Source of the DNA: Octopus bimaculoides
Taxonomy: Eukaryota
DNA length: 53,138 nt
Reading direction: 5' to 3'
Assembly: GCF_001194135.2 (NCBI RefSeq)
Contig: NC_068983.1
Span: 153,895,264-153,948,401, forward strand
Shown here: positions 1-11,943 of the stretch, piece after piece
Layout: each line of letters begins with the position of its first letter
Position numbering within the stretch: position 1 is the first letter of the stretch
Made by a program: the position numbers and the translations under genes
Notes under the pieces: generated by a model
What the model saw: the letters and a program-made list of their open reading frames with translations, nothing else
Databases searched by the model: none
Told to the model about the DNA's origin: nothing

Positions 1-37
<37 letters not shown>

Positions 38-1900
38 TGTGTATATATAAATGAATATACACACACAGTTATATACATATATGCATACATATATATGTCT
101 GAGTGTGCTTGTGCACTCATATGAGATGATATTTCTGTGTATTTGAAGATATGTGTAATGTTTGTGTGTATGTGTGTGTATACAGGTATAAATATTGTGT
201 AGAACTAAAATCCATTTGAAAAATTACATGGCAGGAAGTGTTAACGCGACAAATTATAGATAATGAAATATATATGTGTTTCTCCTAGACAGGAGTCAAG
301 TCTTAAAATTCGATGTTCGATAGCAAAACACCATCGATAAAATTGACAGTTATAATAGAAATAATTTTTCACACTAACATAATTATATATATTCAATACC
401 ACATTTCAATTTTAAGACTTAATTTTATGCATATTCACTTTTTATGGTGCTTTTTTATAGTAGCATTTTTTGTATGAATTTTATTACTTGAGATATATTT
501 CAATTTATTAGATATTTCTATTTTCTTTAAATATTTTTTAAAAGTTCAGCATTAAAATAACATGGTTTCATTTAAGAATAAGTGTATGTGTGTGTAAATG
601 TAAATGCGACTTATGTGTGCGTTTTGATTAATAATATTTCTGTGGATCAATATTAATAATTCATAATTTAATGTCCATAAAGAAAACTTATCACAGTTCC
701 AAGTCAGAAATTCATATAAGTATGTATATACAGGAACATTCACACGCGCGTGCGCGCACTAATACTTGCACATATATTTGAATGGTTGTATAGGTATGTG
801 TGTATTTGTGCAAGCGAGCGATTCCGCATTAATAAACACAATTTAGTTTGGTCGTTGTATGTATGACTAACATTGAAAAATAGGAAAATATGCCTTAAAA
901 CGAAATGAATATTTATTTATAAATAGAAAAGAATGGATTTTCATTTGCATGGAACAATTGAGATGGTAAAAGCTGTAAAACGATAACAAAAGAATCAAAA
1001 ACAACTACACACACACACACACAGATACACATGAATCTATGTGAACTTAATCGTTACGATGATAAAAAACATACATATAAAACTAGTGTATGAAGAAATA
1101 TTCTTAAGTACTCAACAATAAAATAATATATTATATAAGACACAGGTTACTTCGATAATATAAGTGGGATTGAAAGTTACCTGTTGGGGATGATTTTATG
1201 TTACTAATTTTTATATATTATTTTGTCAAAAACAATAAGAAAATCATATAATCATGATATTTCAGAAAAATCACAAAAACTAATAATTTTACGATAAGAT
1301 GTCTAAAAAAGTGTAATATTCATGTTTTTTAATTTTTTTTTTTATTTTCAATAGAGTAATTTTCTAAAAGATATGAGATTTCTGAAAATCGAAGTCCCCA
1401 TGCTCCGTTCCAGTATCCAATAATATTCAGTTTAAAATAGATATGAAATCCAATGGAAGTAACGAAGTTCATCGAAAGATTGCGTTTTCTGAAAAAAGGA
1501 GAAAAATAAATCCCCTACGGGTCTATAATCCTTTGTTAATGCAATGGTAATTTTATTGCGTTCTTTGTTTTATTACTTTCGTAAGTTTTTTTTTATAAGT
1601 TCTAACTTCATCCATTAAATATGGGTCTTGGTGCAAAATTAAGCACACTGGTTATCCAACTTCACGTTTGGAAGTCTATATCCAAGAATTATATTATTTG
1701 AATCCTCCTTAAGATAACTGCGTATTTGACCTATTAAAATACATTTCAGATGGGATATCTTGTTGACATTCGCACAACAATGCTCTATCTCCCTCCCTCC
1801 CCTTCTCTCTCTCTCTCACTGTCTCTCAGTATATATATAAATATATATACATGTGTGTGTATATATACATATATATAGTGTATATATATGTGTATATATA

Positions 1901-2040
1901 GGTGCAGGCGTGGTTGTGCGGTAAGAAGAGTGTTTCTCAATCTTATCGTACGGGGTTCAGTCCCGAGGCGTGTCACCTCGGGCTGACCAAAGTTTTGTGA
2001 TTGGATTTGGTATAGGGAAACTGAAAGAATCTCGTCGTAT
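1901..2040 (+). mobile_element. tRNA-derived SINE (third family), partially deleted
   Basis: GGTGCAGGCGTGGTTGTGCGGTAAG head, GGTTCAGTCCC B box, ...GACCAAAG...GAAACTGAAAGAATCTCGTCGTATA tail. Related copy at 9478-9615 (-). Confidence 0.7.
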
Positions 2041-2149
2041 ATGTGTATACATATACATGTATATATACATATATTATTTAAAAGAGTTCCAACTCTGTCT
2101 GTTTTTTATGTTTTATTTATGCTTTTTCGATTTATTTGCGGAACATGAG

Positions 2150-2370
2150 GAACAATTTGTCGACATCTTGTGTGTCTTCCACAAGTTGAAAATAACATGT
2201 CAGTCTTCACTTTTCGGAGGTGTAGCATCAATCCCTTAAATATTGCCAAAATGAAGTAGATTGAGATGTTCATATTGAACTTGTCGAAAAAAGACAAGAT
2301 GTCGAAATATTGTTCATTCTATAACAGTCGCACTCTTCGTATTGTTTCTTTACTTTCTGGAGGAGTAACG
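2150..2370. repeat. Old direct/inverted repeat unit (period 143 bp) that received the SINE+E1 insertion
   Basis: 2228-2336 vs 4567-4675: 91/109 identical, ungapped. 2150-2198 is an inverted copy of 2266-2315. Confidence 0.75.
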
Positions 2371-2387
2371 TCAATCATTTAAATATT

Positions 2388-2535
2388 CATTTCTTCTATA
2401 GGCATGAAATTTTGTTGGAAGAGGAAAGCCGATTAGATCGCAACTCGTGCTTAATTTATCGAGCCTGAAAGGATGAAAGGTAAAATCGGCCTCGGTGGAA
2501 TTTTAACTCAGAATGTAAAGACAGACGAAATACCG
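2388..2535 (-). mobile_element. 3' part of host tRNA-derived SINE split by E1 (tail type 'GCCTATAG..GAA')
   Basis: CGGTATTTCGTCTGTCTTTACATTCTGAGTTAAAATTCC...CTTTCATCCTTTCAGGCTCGATAAATTAAG matches the intact SINE at 31473-31704 from nt 47 on. The whole host SINE has a 17-bp TSD: TCAATC[A/C]TTTAAATATT at 2371-2387 and 4567-4583. Confidence 0.85.
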
Positions 2536-2757
2536 ATTTCTTTATTATCCATAAAGGGCTATACAAAGAATGTTTTAAGACATCACAAAACATAAAGACA
2601 GTACAAAACGCAAACATAAAATTGGGGTAATTAAAATTAAAATGATAATATGCAAGAATGAAAAAAAAAATGAGGTGCAATGTTCACTCGATCCCCGAAA
2701 TCGGGTGGTTACATTTATCCAGTTTTTTACTTTTACGTTCAACGTCATGTAAATATT

Positions 2758-4354
2758 TTAACGGTTTTGTAACTCAAAAAATTCAAACGATCGCGTTACC
2801 TTTCTTCCATTAATCATTGTTACTTCCGTCCTTAACAACTGCAAATAATCAGTTCTCGCGGGTGGTGTCTCCACCAACCATATCCTTTTCGTTATTATAT
2901 TTTCACCAAGTTCTTCTATGCACTCCCAGCAGCTTTCCTCACGTATCAAAATGCATTTTTCAGCACATTTCTCTGGCATTTTCACTCTTATTATTTCTCC
3001 CAACCTCTCGAATTTTCTCTCCATCTGCTCGCAATTCTCGTACTTAATCAAAAGCCCCTTGTATTTCACATCTTTATCCGTTTTCTCTTCTTCTTCTTGT
3101 ACATTATTAGTTTCTGTCTTTTTTTTTTATCTCTTTCTTGTTTTCTGTTGACCGTCACTTTGACTTCTTTTTCCTTCGTTTTTAGGGTTAGTAGCTCCAT
3201 TTTCGTTCTTCTCCTTTGTTTTCTCTGTTTCATATTTCTGTCTCTCTTTTATTTCCTCAGCGTGGTCTACAATTCTTTCATCCTCTGTTTGGGCTTTCTC
3301 TTGCTGTGACTGTGTGAACTCATATAGGGGGCATTTGGTCTTCTTATGACCTCATTCCCTGCTTATGTAGCAATTTGGTTTCCTTCCCTCGACTACAACA
3401 TTTAACGTTCTCTCATCCTCCATTTCTATCTGGTAGGGAATTCTTTCTATGTCCTCGAATATGGCAAAGAGCCACACTGGTCTCAATTTCGGCTCCTCCT
3501 TAGTTGCAGCCAGCACTGTTGCAACCAACCACTCTGGCTTTATTTCTGATGTAACTCTGGGAATACGTATTTTCACACTCCTTCTTCCTCTATATCTTGG
3601 TTGTAATGCTATTTTTTCAATTCTTAAAATGTCGGTTGCATGCTTGGTTGCCTCTTCTATGTGGAGGCGCATTGGTCTAGTGGTTAGGGCAGCGGACTCG
3701 CGGTCATAGGATCGCGGTTTCGATTCCCAGACCGTGCTAAAACACCTAAAGCTCCACGAGGCTCCGGCAGGGGGTGGTGGCGAACGCTGCTGTATTCTTT
3801 CACCACAACTTTCTCTCAATCTTTCTTCCTATTTCGTTGTGCCTGTAATTCAAATCCTGTGTCACGCTGAATATCCCCGAGAACTACGTGTCTGTGGCGT
3901 GCTCAGCCACTTGCACGTTTATTTCACGAGCAGGCTGTTCCGTTGATCGGATCAACTGGAACCCTCGACGTCGTAAGCGACGGAGTGCCAACAATGCCTC
4001 TTTTATAGTGGCGAGCCTCACCTCAACCGTACCGAACTTTCTTCCTCTGTTGATGTACGTGGCTTCATTGACAATTTCACCCAGGCACTCCTCGATTTCC
4101 TCTTCCGTCACCATTTCAATTTTACAGGTTTCGACAGCCTGTGTACGATACACAACTGTCCTCAGAATTTTTTCCTCTTTAGTTTCTTTTGGGGGACACA
4201 ATTTGTATGAGTCTCCCTCAACTTCTATCAAATTCCTGCTTCTGGTCACCTCCTCCATATCCAACTTGATTAACTTGATTTCTAGCGGTACTGGCTTCCT
4301 CACCGCAGTGGCCTTGACATAGCTCTCCATACTGGAGACACTACCACTTGCCAT
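2758..4354 (-). pseudogene. E1 ORF1 (Gag-like, CCHC zinc knuckle), about 416 aa when reconstructed
   Basis: Removing 3649-3994 fuses ORF 3884-4408 (from MASGS at 4354) in frame with ORFs 3352-3819 and 2758-3069. A single stop remains, inside a degenerate knuckle: VVVEGRKPNCYISRE*GHKKTKCP (CX2[S]X4HX4C). Confidence 0.85.
3661..3994 (+). mobile_element. tRNA(Arg-like)-derived SINE with RTE-type 3' tail, nested in E1 ORF1
   Basis: A box TGGTCTAGTGG, B-box-like GGTTTCGATTCCC, tail ACCCTCGACGTCGTAAGCGACGGAGTGCCAACAA. 12-bp TSD TGCCTCTT[C/T]TAT at 3649-3660 and 3995-4006. Second copy at 11289-11661. Confidence 0.9.
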
Positions 4355-4513
4355 AGCTGGGAAAAATTGCAGCAGCTCGCGTGAAACGTAACCGTAATAC
4401 TTCCACAAAAATCACAATTATTCACCGAGACAGTTTTCACAAAGTAACACAACAGTATTCACAAAGTAACACAACAGAATTCACAATAATTCACAATAAT
4501 TCACGGAGCCGTT

Positions 4514-4566
4514 ATACCACGAAGCAGTTCGACCGGCGTGCTAACTTTTCTGCCGGCTCGGCGCCT
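4514..4566 (-). mobile_element. 5' head of host SINE split by E1
   Basis: GGCGCCGAGCCGGCAGAAAAGTTAGCACGCCGGTCGAACTGCTTCGTGGTAT has 43/52 identity to the first 52 nt of the SINE at 31474. Confidence 0.85.
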
Positions 4567-4675
4567 TCAATCCTTTAAATATTACCAAGATGAAGTAGAT
4601 TTATATGTTTATTTTGAACTTGCGGAAGACACACGAGATATCGAAATAGTGTTCCTTCGATAACAGTCACACTCT

Positions 4676-4752
4676 ATAATAATAATAATAAGAATAATAA
4701 TAACAATAACAACAACAACAACAACAACAAAAACAACAACAACAATAATAAT
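4676..4752 (+). repeat. (AAT)n/(AAC)n microsatellite
   Basis: Read directly. Confidence 0.9.
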
Positions 4753-4761
4753 TATAGTGAG

Positions 4762-4860
4762 AACCATTTCTACTATAAGCACAAAACCTGAAATTTGAGG
4801 AGGGAGATAATTGATTATATCAACACCAGTATTTCACTGGTACTTAACTTATTGACTCCA
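4762..4860 (-). mobile_element. 5'-truncated SINE 3' half (AAGTACCAG core plus GCTTATAGTAGAAA tail)
   Basis: Reverse complement AAGTTAAGTACCAGTG...AAATTTCAGGTTTTGTGCTTATAGTAGAAA resembles 13870-13960. Confidence 0.65.
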
Positions 4861-4861
4861 T

Positions 4862-5385
4862 GGCTGGGGCCATGCTGGAGTATCGTTTTCAGTGCGTTTA
4901 TGTGCCCTTTCTGTATGTTTCTTTTTGTGCGGAAGTGAGTTGGACAACGCCGTTCTTTCTACCTCCTGCCGCGATGTAGGTTCATCTGGGATTTCAGAAA
5001 TGTGTTAAGATGTTTATTGAAGGTCTCCACATTAACACCTCGCAAATCTTCGAGCTTGACTGGCATTTGTGGTCTCCTGAAACCCAAGATGTTGCAGTAC
5101 TCTCTCCTTATTCAAGATAGAGAAGACGAGATATTTGGTATTATATACTTTCGTCCAGTTCGGTGGTTGCTATAGCTTTTAATTCCAAAGTTGGGAGCTA
5201 GATCGTCTAGGATCCTCCATATGTATATTTTTTCTCGTCTTCTCTACAGGGAGTAGAGCATCAGTTCTTTTAGTCTCTCACTGTAGCTCTTCTGTTTCAC
5301 CGAATCAATCTTCATCATGTAGTGGCGCTGAATTGACTGAATTTCTGCTACCAGTTTGATGTTCAGCAAGGACCAAGCACGCATG
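4862..5385 (-). mobile_element. CR1-like LINE 3' fragment
   Basis: AWSLLNIKLVAEIQSIQRHYMMKIDSVKQKSYSERLKELMLYSL*RRRE matches the CR1 ORF2 C-terminal pattern SYEERLKELxLYSLERRR. The 3' end CTCCAGCATGGCC is shared with the SINEs at 6772 and 9148. Confidence 0.75.
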
Positions 5386-5388
5386 CAT

Positions 5389-5435
<47 letters not shown>

Positions 5436-6771
5436 TATATATATGCATGCTTTTGGTATTTATTTGTGCGCGTGTGATGGATGTACGCTTGGGTAGTTGC
5501 AACAGCATCATTGTGGGTGGGTGGCGTTGGACTAAGCATTGAAAATGTGGTTGGTCAGAGAGAAGTATACACCCATAAATGTGTGGATATGCTTCTGTAT
5601 CGTGTGTATGTACGTGTGTATAAAATATGTATCCCGCTNNNNNNNNNNNNNNNNNNNNNNNNNNNNNNNNNNNNNNNNNNNNNNNNNNNNNNNNNNNNNN
5701 NNNNNNNNNNNNNNNNNNNNNNNNNNNNNNNNNNNNNNNNNNNNNNNNNNNNNNNNNNNNNNNNNNNNNNNNNNNNNNNNNNNNNNNNNNNNNNNNNNNN
5801 NNNNNNNNNNNNNNNNNNNNNNNNNNNNNNNNNNNNNNNNNNNNNNNNNNNNNNNNNNNNNNNNNNNNNNNNNNNNNNNNNNNNNNNNNNNNNNNNNNNN
5901 NNNNNNNNNNNNNNNNNNNNNNNNNNNNNNNNNNNNNNNNNNNNNNNNNNNNNNNNNNNNNNNNNNNNNNNNNNNNNNNNNNNNNNNNNNNNNNNNNNNN
6001 NNNNNNNNNNNNNNNNNNNNNNNNNNNNNNNNNNNNNNNNNNNNNNNNNNNNNNNNNNNNNNNNNNNNNNNNNNNNNNNNNNNNNNNNNNNNNNNNNNNN
6101 NNNNNNNNNNNNNNNNNNNNNNNNNNNNNNNNNNNNNNNNNNNNNNNNNNNNNNNNNNNNNNNNNNNNNNNNNNNNNNNNNNNNNNNNNNNNNNNNNNNN
6201 NNNNNNNNNNNNNNNNNNNNNNNNNNNNNNNNNNNNNNNNNNNNNNNNNNNNNNNNNNNNNNNNNNNNNNNNNNNNNNNNNNNNNNNNNNNNNNNNNNNN
6301 NNNNNNNNNNNNNNNNNNNNNNNNNNNNNNNNNNNNNNNNNNNNNNNNNNNNNNNNNNNNNNNNNNNNNNNNNNNNNNNNNNNNNNNNNNNAACGAGAGG
6401 GGTAAAGCGAGATACGTAGTAGTAAAGGGGAAAACGAGAGGGGGAAAAATGATAGAGTAGCGTCGGAAAATATAAAGTTACGATAACTACTTACAAATTG
6501 GTGACGCTGCGTTCGGTCATGTAAAAACAAATAGTAAATGAGTATATGCATATATACGTACAGGTATGTGCATACCGACATCCACCTGTATGTATAGGTG
6601 CATATCTGGGTACAGGACATTGCAAACAAAACGTAGACGAGAAAACACACAAGCCACATAGAGAACATTCTTCTTCATCAGCTACCCCCGACACACACAC
6701 ACAGGGATACATATATGAACGTGTTTGCGTGTACGTAAGTATGTAGATTTTTGCGTTGGGGCATACATATA

Positions 6772-6990
6772 CTTTTATTCTTTTAGTCGCTTTGGTCATT
6801 TGACTACGGTCATGCTGGAACACCGCCTTTAGCCGAACAAATCGACCCCATGACTTATTCTTTTTAAGTCTAGTACTTACTTATTCTATCGGTATATTTT
6901 GCCGACCCACAAATTTACGGAGACGTAAACACACCATTATCGGTTGTCAAGCGATGATGGGGGACAAACACAGACACAAACACACACATA
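6772..6990 (-). mobile_element. SINE with CR1-type tail (GGTGTTCCAGCATGACC)
   Basis: Homologous to 9148-9395 and 42228-42365. Shares the GATAGAATAAG/AAGTAC...GGGGTCGAT central block with the other SINE family. Confidence 0.75.
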
Positions 6991-7859
6991 AATATATAAA
7001 TAAATAAATATATATATATATANNNNNNNNNNNNNNNNNNNNNNNNNNNNNNNNNNNNNNNNNNNNNNNNNNNNNNNNNNNNNNNNNNNNNNNNNNNNNN
7101 NNNNNNNNNNNNNNNNNNNNNNNNNNNNNNNNNNNNNNNNNNNNNNNNNNNNNNNNNNNNNNNNNNNNNNNNNNNNNNNNNNNNNNNNNNNNNNNNNNNN
7201 NNNNNNNNNNNNNNNNNNNNNNNNNNNNNNNNNNNNNNNNNNNNNNNNNNNNNNNNNNNNNNNNNNNNNNNNNNNNNNNNNNNNNNNNNNNNNNNNNNNN
7301 NNNNNNNNNNNNNNNNNNNNNNNNNNNNNNNNNNNNNNNNNNNNNNNNNNNNNNNNNNNNNNNNNNNNNNNNNNNNNNNNNNNNNNNNNNNNNNNNNNNN
7401 NNNNNNNNNNNNNNNNNNNNNNNNNNNNNNNNNNNNNNNNNNNNNNNNNNNNNNNNNNNNNNNNNNNNNNNNNNNNNNNNNNNNNNNNNNNNNNNNNNNN
7501 NNNNNNNNNNNNNNNNNNNNNNNNNNNNNNNNNNNNNNNNNNNNNNNNNNNNNNNNNNNNNNNNNNNNNNNNNNNNNNNNNNNNNNNNNNNNNNNNNNNN
7601 NNNNNNNNNNNNNNNNNNNNNNNNNNNNNNNNNNNNNNNNNNNNNNNNNNNNNNNNNNNNNNNNNNNNNNNNNNNNNNNNNNNNNNNNNNNNNNNNNNNN
7701 NNNNNNNNNNNNNNNNNNNNNNNNNNNNNNNNNNNNNNNNNNNNNNNNNNNNNNNNNNNNNNNNNNNNNNNNNNNNNNNNNNNNNNNNNNNNNNNNNNNN
7801 NNNNNNNNNNNNNNNNNNNNNNNNNNNNNNNNNNNNNNNNNNNNNNNNNNNNNNNNNNN

Positions 7860-7936
<77 letters not shown>

Positions 7937-8904
7937 CCACTCACATGTTTACATATTATTCTGTTTAATTCTAAGTATTATTTCACACAGTTTCCTCCCA
8001 AATTTAGTGGTATCCTATAAGGCAATCACATTTCATGTTCATCTACTTATTTATTACTTTGCTATTTTCCGTGTCCTTTTTTTACTAATTTAATTTTTAA
8101 CATCGAGATCTTAATTTAACAAAATCGCATTTTTATGCAAATTTATATCATTTACTACTAGTAGCAAGTATCTGAAATTGAATTAAGCTCTATATTTGTT
8201 CATTTAATTAAATTTCCTTATTTAAATATTTTATTAAATAAAATAGTTTTATCTGACAATTTACATTATTTATTTCAGTAGCTTCTTACGGCATTTTCTA
8301 TTTGAATAGCTATTACATCTAAACAAGCATATAACACAGTGTTCTTTTACATAGTATATCAACTAGTTTTGCATTTATGATCTTTTACTAATCCTGAATG
8401 TTAATCTCATGGAGAACATTAAACCTAGTAACTCATTGAAGATCTTTCCTCTTATCGACTAAAATATACACAACTATTTCTGCAGAAATCAACATACACA
8501 CATACATACTTAGAATAAAAGTGTGGGTTTTTCACTTTGTTTTTTTTGTTTTGTTTTGTTTTGCTTTCAAAATAATTCCCGCGATGCATCAATATTCAGT
8601 AATCATACATTCAGTCTTTTCCACCAACCAGTTTCCAAAAATATGCGCAAGAACTGTTTTGCTTTTGACTGAATACTGATCAATATTCAATTAAATATTT
8701 GGTCTATTTTTTTATTTTGATTTCTAATATCCACCCTCCACACACGTTCATAACTTTTTTGTTTACCTATCTGTCAGCTAACTTTTATACTTAATTTGTT
8801 TTCTGATTTGTGAGTCATATCTAGACTAGTATTTTAAAGAAAATAATAATCTTTCCCATAGATATTTTTATATAATATGTAAAACTGAAGGATGCACTTC
8901 AACA

Positions 8905-9115
8905 CTTGGTGGTTAAAATATATTGCCGAAGGGATATGATGCGACATTCAATAGCACTTTCGATCGATGTTAAGCCTATGCTGCCTCGTTTTCGTTTTAG
9001 GTAGACGAGGTCTACGTCACTGTTTATGTGGTGATTATGTGTGCTTCTTAGTACTTTTCGGGTTTTCACATTAATGGCTCGGATCTCATCACGCGTGACA
9101 TCAAGCAGCCCAAAT
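8905..9115 (-). mobile_element. R4/Dong-like non-LTR fragment (post-RT region)
   Basis: EIRAINVKTRKVLRSTHNHHINSDVDLVYLKRKRGSIGLTSIE matches the DxKTRK...HPxSDVDRLYxxRKxGGRGL motif. Confidence 0.8.
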
Positions 9116-9147
9116 GTTGTATGTATGTATATATATATATATATATA

Positions 9148-9394
9148 TTCTCTTTTATTTGTTTCAGTCATTTCAATGCGGCCATGCTGTAGCACCACTT
9201 TTAGTCAAAGAAATCGATCCTAAGATATTCTTTGTAAACCTAGGACTCATTCGACCCCAATCCTTTTGTTTTAAGCCTGGTGCTTATGCTAACGTTCTCT
9301 TTTGCCGAACTGCTAAATTACTACAACGTAAATATAACGATACAGGGTCACAAGCGGTGTTGAAGGACACACCTAGACAGAAAGACACACACAT

Positions 9395-9395
<1 letters not shown>
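9148..9395 (-). mobile_element. SINE with CR1-type tail
   Basis: GTTTCAGTCATTTCAATGCGGCCATGCTGTAGCACC...TTGCCGAACTGCTAAATTAC aligns with 6772-6990. Confidence 0.75.
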
Positions 9396-9477
<82 letters not shown>

Positions 9478-9478
<1 letters not shown>

Positions 9479-9615
9479 ACGGCGGACTTCTTTTAGTTTC
9501 TTTCTAGAAAATTCAGTCTTCAAGGCTTTGGTCGGCCCAACGTGCCACGTAGTGGGACTGAAACCATATGAATGTAATTAGAAAGCAAGGTTCTCACCAC
9601 ACGCTGACGCCTCAC
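9478..9615 (-). mobile_element. SINE, same family as 1901-2040
   Basis: Reverse complement contains GGTTTCAGTCCC...GGGCCGACCAAAGCCTTG...GAAACTAAAAGAAGTCCGCCGTA. Confidence 0.65.
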
Positions 9616-10668
9616 TGTGTGTGTGTGTGTGTGTGTCTAGAAGAAAATTGTTCGAATTTAAATGTGAATGCTATATTCATTGCAAGTAAGAAAGCTGAAC
9701 TTGAGACTTAATGTTTTTCTATCACACTCCGAGACAGGTATTTTCTTTTTATTGTACCGGATGCTCCTGAGGGTGGATTTATAACAAATATGTACAATTG
9801 TATACATTTTAACGGAGAACGTTCTCATATGTATTTTATTAAATACGTGTTGAGCAGGTAGTGGTTTGTCTATCGTTTACTTAACAATATATCAGTAGAT
9901 ACGACCACCGGGTTTGAAAATTTTCGTTTTACTCGTGTTTGAACATTTGTCAATTGTGTATGGAAATCATTCTGAAATTATGTATCTTGTTGCCCGAGTT
10001 TCATTTAGAAAAGAGAATTGTGTAACATTGTATTGTATAGTATATTACATACTTTCATGTCATTAAGCAAATCTAAACACGATAAAGGCATATATAAATC
10101 CATAGAATCTGAAGTATTCATAAGAAAACTGCTATACGATTAAATAGAATTTTCTCTCAAAAGAACTTCTGTGTTATCGCTTTCAAACCAATTCTTACCA
10201 GTATATCTTTAGACATTGAAATTTCTTCTATTCAACGAATCCAATGACTTAGAACTGAATATGTCGACTCGAAATTAATACAGCAGCAGCAATTTCAGAA
10301 ATCAGACAATGATTTTATTCCCAAATAGAGCAGATGGGGAGGGATTTTCCTTCTATGAATGGAGTGAATCGAACAGTTAGTATAGATACTTAAACATATT
10401 GTAATATGTTGCACCTTTAACGGATGGAGACATCAACTTGAAACGTGAAAATACTGACGTCAACGTAGCTCTACGTGAAATTATAGCTTAATGTGTTCTA
10501 TGCTAAATTATATGCTACGCCCACTGCCGTGTCTTTGTACTCTTCTACCGGAGATTAGAAGGCATGGCGCTAAAATCTTTGAAAGACTTCAATCCTAGTT
10601 AGTTCTTCACACACACAGGTACACCCACAAACACACACACACACACACGCAGCTTCTCTCTCCTCCTT

Positions 10669-10725
<57 letters not shown>

Positions 10726-11288
10726 TTCTGTCCATTTGTACTTCTCACTGACTTTTAATATTCAATAAAATCCTTTACGATAAAAGAAAGATGGAGCACA
10801 GAGTCAATGATACTACCGAAGATGACACCAAACGAAATATCCCTGACAAATTTGATAAAGAAATTGCACACATTCGATAAAGAATTATTTGAGCTCAGCT
10901 TAAAATAGAATCATGCCCCAAGGATGATTCCTACTCTTCAGGAAAGAAAAAAAAATGAAGAAAATATTAGTTACTGATTCAGTTTGATATTTCATCACAT
11001 TATAACTATCTCAAGTTAGTTGATAATGTTATCCGTTTTAAGTATATGAGGATTGGCTTTATTCCGCCCTTCTATGCAGTCTGTGTCACTATTTCCATTT
11101 TTTTTTGTTTGTTTGTTATTTTTTTCTCATTCAACCAGTGTCTTTCGTCATAATCTTTGTTGCTAATCTTAATTATATTTAATGACGCCACTCTGACGAA
11201 CATTGGAATTTTGTTCCTTTTACTAACATTTCAATAAGACTTGTTGACGTCACATGCGCATATCTGATTTACATATAAATTACGAGGT

Positions 11289-11661
11289 TTGTTGTTGGCA
11301 CTCCGTCGCTTACGACGTCGAGGGTTCCAGTTGATCCGATCAACGGAATAGCCTGCTCGTGAAATTAACGTGCAAGTGGCTGAGCACTCCACAGACACGT
11401 GTACCCTTAACGTAGTTCTCGGGGATATTCAGCGTGACACAGTGTGACAAGGCTGACTTTTGGAATTACTGGCACTACAGAAACAGGAAGTAAGAGTGAG
11501 AGAAAGTTGTGGTGGAAGAGTACAGCAGGGTTCGCCACCATCCCCTGCCGGAGCCTCGTGGAGCTTTAGGTGTTTTCGCTCAATAAACACTCACAACGCT
11601 CGGTCTGGGGAATCGAAACCGCACGTCCACTACCCTAACCACTGGGCCATTGCGCCTCCAC
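11289..11661 (-). mobile_element. tRNA-derived SINE with RTE-type tail (same family as 3661-3994)
   Basis: Reverse complement matches 3661-3994. Perfect 13-bp TSD TAAATTACGAGGT at 11276-11288 and 11662-11674. Confidence 0.92.
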
Positions 11662-11890
11662 TAAATTACGAGGTAAATGAGAGATAAATTGCAAGCTAAA
11701 TAATGAGAGGTATTGATACATTGGCTGAATGTGCAAGAAATAACAACCAAGACATTCTCCACTTAGGTTATACTGTTTTACGAAAGGAAGAACATAACAG
11801 ATAATTGGGTTCTCGAGACACTATGCTGAACAGAGAGAACTGGGGATAAATGTTGGAAAACTTGATATAGGCAATTGTGGGGGTAAGGGT

Positions 11891-11943
11891 GGAGGTCAAG
11901 CTAGCAGAAACGTAAGCACGCCGGGCGAAATGCTTAGCGGTAT
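11891..11943 (+). mobile_element. 5' head of host SINE split by E2
   Basis: GCTAGCAGAAACGTAAGCACGCCGGGCGAAATGCTTAGCGGTAT matches the head of the SINE at 31474. Confidence 0.85.

Larger units (their letters stand above)
2536..4513 (-). mobile_element. ORF1-only non-LTR retroelement 'E1' (L1/Tx1-like Gag, HAL1-like), inserted in a SINE and itself interrupted by a SINE
   Basis: Flanked by the two halves of one SINE with TGGTAT (4514-4519) / CGGTAT (2530-2535) duplication on the - strand. Ends in ...AATAAAGAAAT. Length is 1632 bp after removing the nested SINE plus one TSD (346 bp). No APE/RT coding present. Confidence 0.85.

Noticed and set aside
3661-3735. tRNA gene (Arg-like, TCG)
   Set aside because: The tRNA-like head continues into a SINE body and RTE-type tail with a TSD, and the acceptor stem is not intact. 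It is a SINE head, not a functional tRNA.
5481-7944. Long ORFs in the track spanning N runs (also 36161-37159, 42610-43671, 47314-48327, 51909-52705)
   Set aside because: They are long only because N codons contain no stops. The flanks are (TA)n/(CA)n translations.
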